This document shows positions 57,040 to 64,000 of a stretch of 64,000 bases of DNA, piece after piece (positions within the stretch are counted from its first letter, which is position 1; every line of letters starts with the position of its first letter). The notes under the pieces were generated by a model. It made no database searches and was not told the DNA's origin. It worked only from the letters and a program-made list of their open reading frames with translations. The position numbers and the translations under genes are program-made. Origin of the DNA: the human T2T-CHM13v2.0 reference genome, Homo sapiens; the NCBI RefSeq assembly GCF_009914755.1, contig NC_060925.1; one strand, written 5' to 3'.

Positions 57040-57363
57040 CAGGTTGAATGTATCTTATCCAAAATGCTTGGAAACAGAACCATTTTGGATTTGTTTAAAG
57101 TTTGAAATATTTGCATATACATAATGAGATAGTTTGGGAATGCGACCCAAGACTAAACATGAAATTCTTTTTTTTTGTAAACTCATAGCCTAATGGTAAT
57201 TTTAAATAATGTTTTAAATAATTTTGTGCATGAAACAAAGTTTTGAGTGCGACCTATCACATGAGGTCAGGTGTGGAATTTTTCATTTGTGGCATCATGT
57301 CAATACTCAAAACATGTCAGATTTTAGAGCATTTTACATGTCATATTAGGGATACTCAATCTG
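57040..57363. mobile_element. Tigger4b/MER46B
   Basis: TA TSDs; TIRs caggttgaatgtatctta / tagggatactcaatctg. Confidence 0.85.
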
Positions 57364-58707
57364 TATATGGCAGAAACTCCATACTTACATGGGATTAATG
57401 AGTTTAGAATAAAGAAATTTATCAAAATATAATTTGTTTATCTTAGGAGTTAATGAAAGTTTAAAAAACTTGGGCTTTCTCATATGTTCTTTTTTATTTA
57501 CTATATGTATCCTAAACTTTAAAAGTGAAATAAAAAATGTAGAAAAGTAAAACAAATGTAATCTTATATGTACTCAGTATGTATATATAAGGAATATATA
57601 AAACATTACCAACAAAAATCTTTCAATAAAAAAAATCCCAGCCACAGAGAAATATCGCTAGGGCCTTAAGATCTAAAAAATGTAGAAAATTAAATATATG
57701 AAAACTCAGATATTATTCAAGGGGAACTTATAAAAGTGGGTTTCCGGTGAAGATACAGATTAATAAGCTTTGAAGAGGAAGCTAAGAAACATAAAGTTCT
57801 ACAAATTGTGGGGTCACGCAAACCAGTCAGGTACTCATCAACAACAAATCTTTCCCCAACTTCAAAAACTTCCAGATTGTACTCTATTTAGAAAATTGCA
57901 TATAATCCTTAAAGTTTTTAATTCTTTAGCTTGTATTTCCTCAGTTGATATTTTTGTTTTAGTCTTTCTTTATGCCTAAGTGCTGTTTTCATTTATCAAT
58001 CTTCTATTTAATACTTAATTGAACAGAACTGCATTTTCTACCATTCAGATGATCTCAAAAGTTGACTTGACCTTCTGAAGTGTTTGTTATGTCTTCAAAT
58101 AATTTCATTAGCATTTCAATCTTTATTTTCAACCTATTGTTTTAAATAAATGAATTTATTAAAATTTAACAACTTACAGATAGATATTTTCTACCAGAAT
58201 TACACATTACTAAACTACATATGTTCGGAATAGCAGTTCAGTTACACAGGCACCCAACTCTATTATCATCCTGTCGTTACCCCAGAGAGGTCAAGAGTGA
58301 CTGTCAAATACCTTGCAAAAATCCAGATGAGTGGTATACAAAGAATTTGCTGATTTACCAGTGTAATATCCCTACAGAAAATGTTTATAGCATTTTAAGG
58401 AATGCTCATGGAATGGATGAATAAGATTCCTATTATTTCTGGGACTAGAGACAACTTCTAAATTTCTTTAGGGAGTGAGATATTGATGGGTCCCATTGAG
58501 GCACAATGGGACTAAATGCAACAAGAACAAATGGAATTCAGACATACTTGGCTCTTTTGTCCCTATGGAACAGGAATGTTGGCCTTCAGAGTTCATCACA
58601 GAATAATTCCCATCAGGAATTGTGGTGATATGGAGGTTTATTCTACCCTAGCTTGATTAAAAGTATTGCCAGGGATATTCACTATATAAAATACTGATGC
58701 TTTATGG

Positions 58708-58932
58708 CAAGCTTATCCAACCTGCAAATTGCAAGCTGCATGTGGCCCAGGACAGCTTTGAATGTGGCCCAAAACAAACTCGTAAACTTTCTCAAAACAT
58801 TATGAAAAATTTTTGCATTTTTTATTTTTTTAAGCTCATCAGCTATCATTAGTGTTAATGTATTTTATGTGTGGCCGAAGACAATTCTTCTTCCAGTGTG
58901 ACCCAGGAAAGCCAACAGATTGGATACCCTTT
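58708..58932. mobile_element. MER30 (hAT-Charlie MITE)
   Basis: caagcttatccaacc...agattggataccc; 8-bp TSD ctttatgg/ctttaagg. Confidence 0.9.
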
Positions 58933-61927
58933 CTTTAAGGTCCCCAAACCCATCTGAAACTTGCAAGGACCTCTGGATAGTACACATCACTTACAGTCAC
59001 ATTATATACAATATTTTTTTCATGGCCACACTCCTAAAATTTATCAGGAAAGTAGTATTCAAGGGAGGCTCATAGAGAAATGCAAGAATAGGCATGGAAG
59101 CAAAATCATTTGTATGGGGATTTCTCATTCATTTTATTCCAATGTGTATGTCATTGTACACTTAAAAATCAAGTGTACAGAAGTGTTTCAGATATTGTTG
59201 CTAAAAAGAAAAAGATTTATGGTGAAAGTTTGAGGGTTATAGCATCTTTATTTTATTTCTCTATTATCTTTATTTTATTTCAATTATGATACATTAATAC
59301 TAAACATTCAGTTCCCCATCAACTTTTAAAGCCATTTGTAGAATTTCATCTGGGTATCTTAATTATCTTTGTGAACTTACTAGAGAAATGATGTTTTCTG
59401 CTTCTGAAAAAAAATAAACTTACACGTATAATTTATCACACTAGACAGATATTTTGCAGTTATTTTCTTAAGACAATAAGTTACTAAATATAATTTTCTT
59501 AGAATTTTTTTCTTCTTTAGGAAAGTATAAAGCACAATAATATACGTGTTTTGTTTTTTCAGGGATAAGAGATGACTGTAAGTAAACGAAAAGCTTTGGG
59601 GAAAAATTAACTCCAAATTAATGCTGGTTTGTGACGCTGCAGTTCATAAATCAGCACTGAGAGCAAATCTTTCTCTCCAGAGTGTTCACCCTTGGGAGTG
59701 ACCTGTGGAAAGAGAACACTTGAATCATTGTCTTTCAGTATAAAACTTCTTTGAAAATATTTACTACCTAAATTACTGGACATTAATTAAAAAGAATAAT
59801 TTAGTAGTAGGTTAGTGTCATATTCTAAATAGATCAGTGAAATCTAATTCCTAGTCCTACAAAGTTTAAGCATGTAAGAAGCCACCATCAATCAACAAAT
59901 TAGAAGTTTTGAAATCTCTACTTCCAATTCACTATAACTTAATTGACGTGACTCTGAAATTGTGAAGTTGCATAATAAATATTGAGTCTGTGAGCAAAAT
60001 TTTAGAAGAGTAACAAAGTAAACAGTTACAAATAAGTCAGTTGAGGTCAGTTCCAAATGTTTCAAAGATCTTACAGTTTGTGTTAAACTTTTTTCCTTCC
60101 TTCTCGCTTTTCTTTCTTCTTACCTTCCTTCTTTCCTCCTTCCTTCCTCTCTCTCCTTCTGTTTTTGGGTGAATGTCATCATGTCATTGGCATCAATTTA
60201 AATTGCGTGTGTATGTTTATAAATACCTACAATAGTTTTAAAACCTAGACATAGCCTCTTGCGTATTCACTTAGAATTATGTGACAAATTTAACCTCTAT
60301 CATAAAACAAAAAAGTTATATTTAAATCAATAAAAAGGTAAAATAATGTTCTCAGAAATAATACTGCAATAGTTTTAAGCACTATAAACATTTTAACATA
60401 AATGACTGTGAAATCATTCTGAAATTGAAAGGCCCATAAGGACTGCAACTTGTAGGCAAGTCCTAGGCCCAGAGACAGTAAACTTGATATGGCACATGCC
60501 ATACTGAGACACAAGTTGGGGAGGCTAAGGAAGTGCTAGCACCACCCATCCCCTAACCTCAGGCTGCATAGCTCACTGCTCCAAAAGAGACCCCTTCCTT
60601 CCACTTGAGGAGGGGAGAGAGAAGAGTGGGGAAGGCTTTTTCTTGCATCTTGGTTATCAGCTTAGCTGCAGCAGAATTGGCCACTGGTCATATTCATGAG
60701 ACTCCCATGCTAGGCCCTAGGTCTCAGATAACATTTCTAGATACACCCTGGGATAGAAAGAAACCCACTGCTTTGAATGAAAAGACACGGTCCTGGAAGC
60801 ATTCATCACCTACTATCTGAAGAGCCCTTGGGCCCTGAATAACCAGCTGTAATACCAGTACTACGTCGAGGGCCTTGGGTGAGCCTCTGAGACTTGCTGG
60901 CTTCAGGTGAGACTCAGCACATTATCAACTGTGGTAGCTATGGAGCAAAACTCCTTCTGCGTTCTGCTTGAGAACAGTAGAAGGAATAGTAAAGAGGACT
61001 TTGTCTTGCACCTTAGATACCAGAAGGGCCACAGGAAGATAAAGCACCAAGTGGGCCCTTGGGGTCCCCAGTTTCAGAACTTGAGTCCTGGATGGCATTT
61101 CTTGACCTGCACTGGAACAAAGGGGAGCCCACTGCCGTGAAGGGTGAGTCTAAGGTCAGGCAGCTATCACCACAAGCTGACTTAAGAGACCTTGGGCCTT
61201 AAGGGAATATCAATAGTAGTTTGGCAGTTCTCCTCATGTCCTGGGGTGGATTAGGTGAGGCTTCTCTTCCTTTGGAAAGGGGAGAGAAAAGTGGGAAGAA
61301 CTGCATCTTGTGGATTGAGTGCCAGCTCAGCCACAGTACAAGAGAACACCTGCTAGACTTCAAAGGTTGTTGACTGTAGTCCCTGATTCTCAGATGGTAC
61401 CTCTGGACTCACCCAAGACCTGGGGGACCTCACCACCTTGAAGGGAAGGACACAGGCCTGCCTGGCTTTGCCATCAGCTGATAGAGCCCCAGGGCCTTGA
61501 GAAAACATAGGCAGTAGCCAGGGAGTTTTGACATCAGGCCTTGGGCAAGACCCAATGCTGTGCTGGATTCACAGTGTAGTCATAGTGGTGGTAGCCACAG
61601 GGGTGCTTGTGTCACTCCACCCACATCATTAGTTCACCCAGAACAGAGAGAGAGAGAGACTATGTTTGTTTGGGAGAAAATAAGGGAAGAAAACAAGAGT
61701 CTCTGCTTGGTAATCCAGAGAATTTTCTTGGATCTTGTGCAAGACCATCAAGGTGGTGCCTCTATGACTCTACAAGAATTGTAGAAATACTGGTCCTAGG
61801 GTGCCCCCTAAAGCAGATAGGGCTTAGATCACAATATCAACTTCTATGAAATATCTGAAAAAACTTCACAAGAAGGATGAGTACAAATACGCACAGACAG
61901 CAAAGACAAGAAACACCAAACTCTTCA

Positions 61928-62866
61928 ATGCCCAGACACTGAAGAACATAAACTGGCATCACCACCAGCCAGGAAAATATGACCTCAACAAATGAACTAA
62001 ATAAGGCACCAGGGACCAATACTGGAGAAACAGAGATGTGTAACCTTTCAAATAGAAAATTCAAAATAGCTGTGTTGAGAAAACTGAACAAAATTCAAGA
62101 AAACACAGCTAAGAAATTCAGAATTGTATCAGATAAATTTAACAAAGAGACTGAAATAATTAAAAACAATGTAGCATAAATTTTGAAGCTAAAATGCAAT
62201 TGGCATAATAAAAAATACATCAGAGTTCTTAAGTATCAGAATGGATTAAACTGAAGAAATAACTAGTGAGCTTGAAGACACGTTATTTCTTGTCTTCAGT
62301 TAGAGGAGACAAAAGAAAAAAAACATAGGATCTAGAAAATAGCTTCAAAAGGGCAAATCTAGGAGGTATTGGTGTTAAAGAGGAGGTGGAGAAAGAGATA
62401 GGGGTAGAAAGTTTATTTAAAGGAATAATAGCAGAGAACAAACCTAGAGAAATATATTAATATTCAAGTAGAAGAAAGTTACAGAACACTAAGTAGAATT
62501 AACCCAAAGGTGACTACCTCAAGGCATTTAAATTCAAATAGCCAAAAGTCAAGGATAAAGAAATGACCCTAAAAGCAGCAACAGAAAAGAAACAAATAAC
62601 ATACAATGGAGCTCCAATACATCTAGCAACAGACATTTCAGTGGAAATCTTATAGGCCAGGAGAGAGTGGCATGACATATTTGAAGTGCTGGACGAAAAA
62701 ATATTTCATGCTAGAGTAAAATATCCAGTGAACATATTCTTCAAAGATGAAGGAGAAATAAATATATTCCCTGACAAACAAAAGCTGAGGGCTTTTATCA
62801 ACATCAGACCCATCCTACAACAAATGCTAAAAGGAGTACTTCAATCAGAAAGAAAAGAACACTAAT
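61928..62866 (+). pseudogene. L1 ORF1 remnant (stops and frameshifts)
   Basis: MTSTNELNKAPGTNTGETEMCNLSNRKFKIAVLRKL; later qarrewhdif-like motif. Confidence 0.85.
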
Positions 62867-63366
62867 GAGCAATAAATAATCATCTGAAGATACAAAAGCA
62901 CACAGAAAAACACAGAATAGTTTAACACTGCAACTGTGGTGTGTAAAATACTCTTATCCTAAGTAGCAAAATGAAATGATGAACGAATCAAAAATAATAA
63001 CTATCATACAACAACTTTTCAAGACACAGTACAATAAGATATAAATACAAGCAACCAAAAGTTTAAAAGCAGTGGCATGAAGTTAAAGCTTAGAGTTTTT
63101 ATTAGTTTTCTTTTTGATTGTTTGTTGGTTTATGTGAACAGTGTTAACTCATTATCTGGTTATAAACTAATGAGTTATAAGAGAGTATATGGAAGCTTCA
63201 TGGTAATCTCAAATGAAAAAACGTACAATAAATACACACACACACACACACACACACACAAAGCAAGAAACTAAATTAAACCCCAGAGAAAATCACCTTT
63301 ACTAGAGGAAGACTAGAAGAAAAAAAAGGAAGAGAAGACCACAAAACAACCAAAAAAACAAATAAA

Positions 63367-64000
63367 ATGTCAGGAGTGAGTTCTTACTTATCAATAATAA
63401 CATTGAATGTAAATGAACTGAACTCTGCAATCAAAAAACAAACTGGCTGAAATGAAAGAAAGAACAAGACCCATTGATCTGCTGCCTACAAGAAACATAC
63501 TTCACCTATAAAGACACACATAGAAGGAAAATTAAGGGTTGGAAAAGATATTCCATGCCAATGGAAACCAAGGAACAGCTACAGTCATCACACTTATATC
63601 GGAAAAAAATAGATTTCAAGATGAAAACTATAAGAAGACACCAAGAAGGTAACTATATAATGATAAAGGGTCAATTCAGCAAGAGGATATAGCAATTTTA
63701 AATATATATGCACCAAACATTGGAACCCCCAGATGTTTAAAGGAGAGACAGACCCCCAAGACAATAATAGTTGAAGACTTCAGCACTTCAGTTTCAGCAT
63801 TGGATAGATCTTCCAGACAGAAGAGCAATGAAGAAATAGACTTAATCTATGCTATAGATGAAATGGATCTTGTAGATATTTACAGAACATTTCATCTAAT
63901 GGCAGCAGAATACACATAATTTTTCTCAGCCCATAGATCATTCTCAAGGATAGACCATACATTGTATCACAAAATAACTCTTAAAGCATTCAAAAAATTG
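63367..64000 (+). pseudogene. L1 ORF2 endonuclease domain remnant
   Basis: MSGVSSYLSIITLNVN...; ICCLQETYFTYKDTHR; GNYIMIKG. Confidence 0.88.

Larger units (their letters stand above)
60428..64000 (+). mobile_element. L1M1/L1MA 5' region (5'UTR, ORF1, spacer, ORF2 start), runs off the window
   Basis: GC-richer 5'UTR from ~60428, followed by ORF1 and ORF2 endonuclease peptides. Confidence 0.88.

Noticed and set aside
58490-58512. Perfect 9-bp hairpin gtcccattg-aggca-caatgggac (also a 10-bp stem at 512-553)
   Set aside because: Too short for a pre-miRNA and plausible by chance in 64 kb.

Overview
Primate (human or great ape; AluY, L1PA and HERV-L/MLT2A are present) AT-rich, repeat-dominated DNA typical of a gene desert or large intron. 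I find no host protein-coding exon, rRNA, tRNA or CRISPR array. The ORFs I can interpret are L1 ORF1/ORF2, HERV-L pol/dUTPase, Alu or microsatellite artefacts; the rest look like random low-complexity frames. Subfamily names come from remembered consensus sequences, not a RepeatMasker run, so they are provisional. The most unusual object is a TSD-bounded HERV-L/MLT2A provirus (25016-29511, minus strand). Most of its gag-pol is replaced by a ~1.05 kb array of ~76-bp palindromic satellite units (SATR1/SATR2-like) ending in an inverted unit. Its 3' LTR also carries a templated copy of internal sequence and a 141-bp near-perfect inverted repeat. Other structural oddities: a twin-primed L1PA, an internally deleted L1MA, a 366-bp tandem duplication, a ~180-bp inverted duplication around an L1MA, a 72-bp pre-Alu templated copy, and a CpG-retaining old MLT1 LTR.
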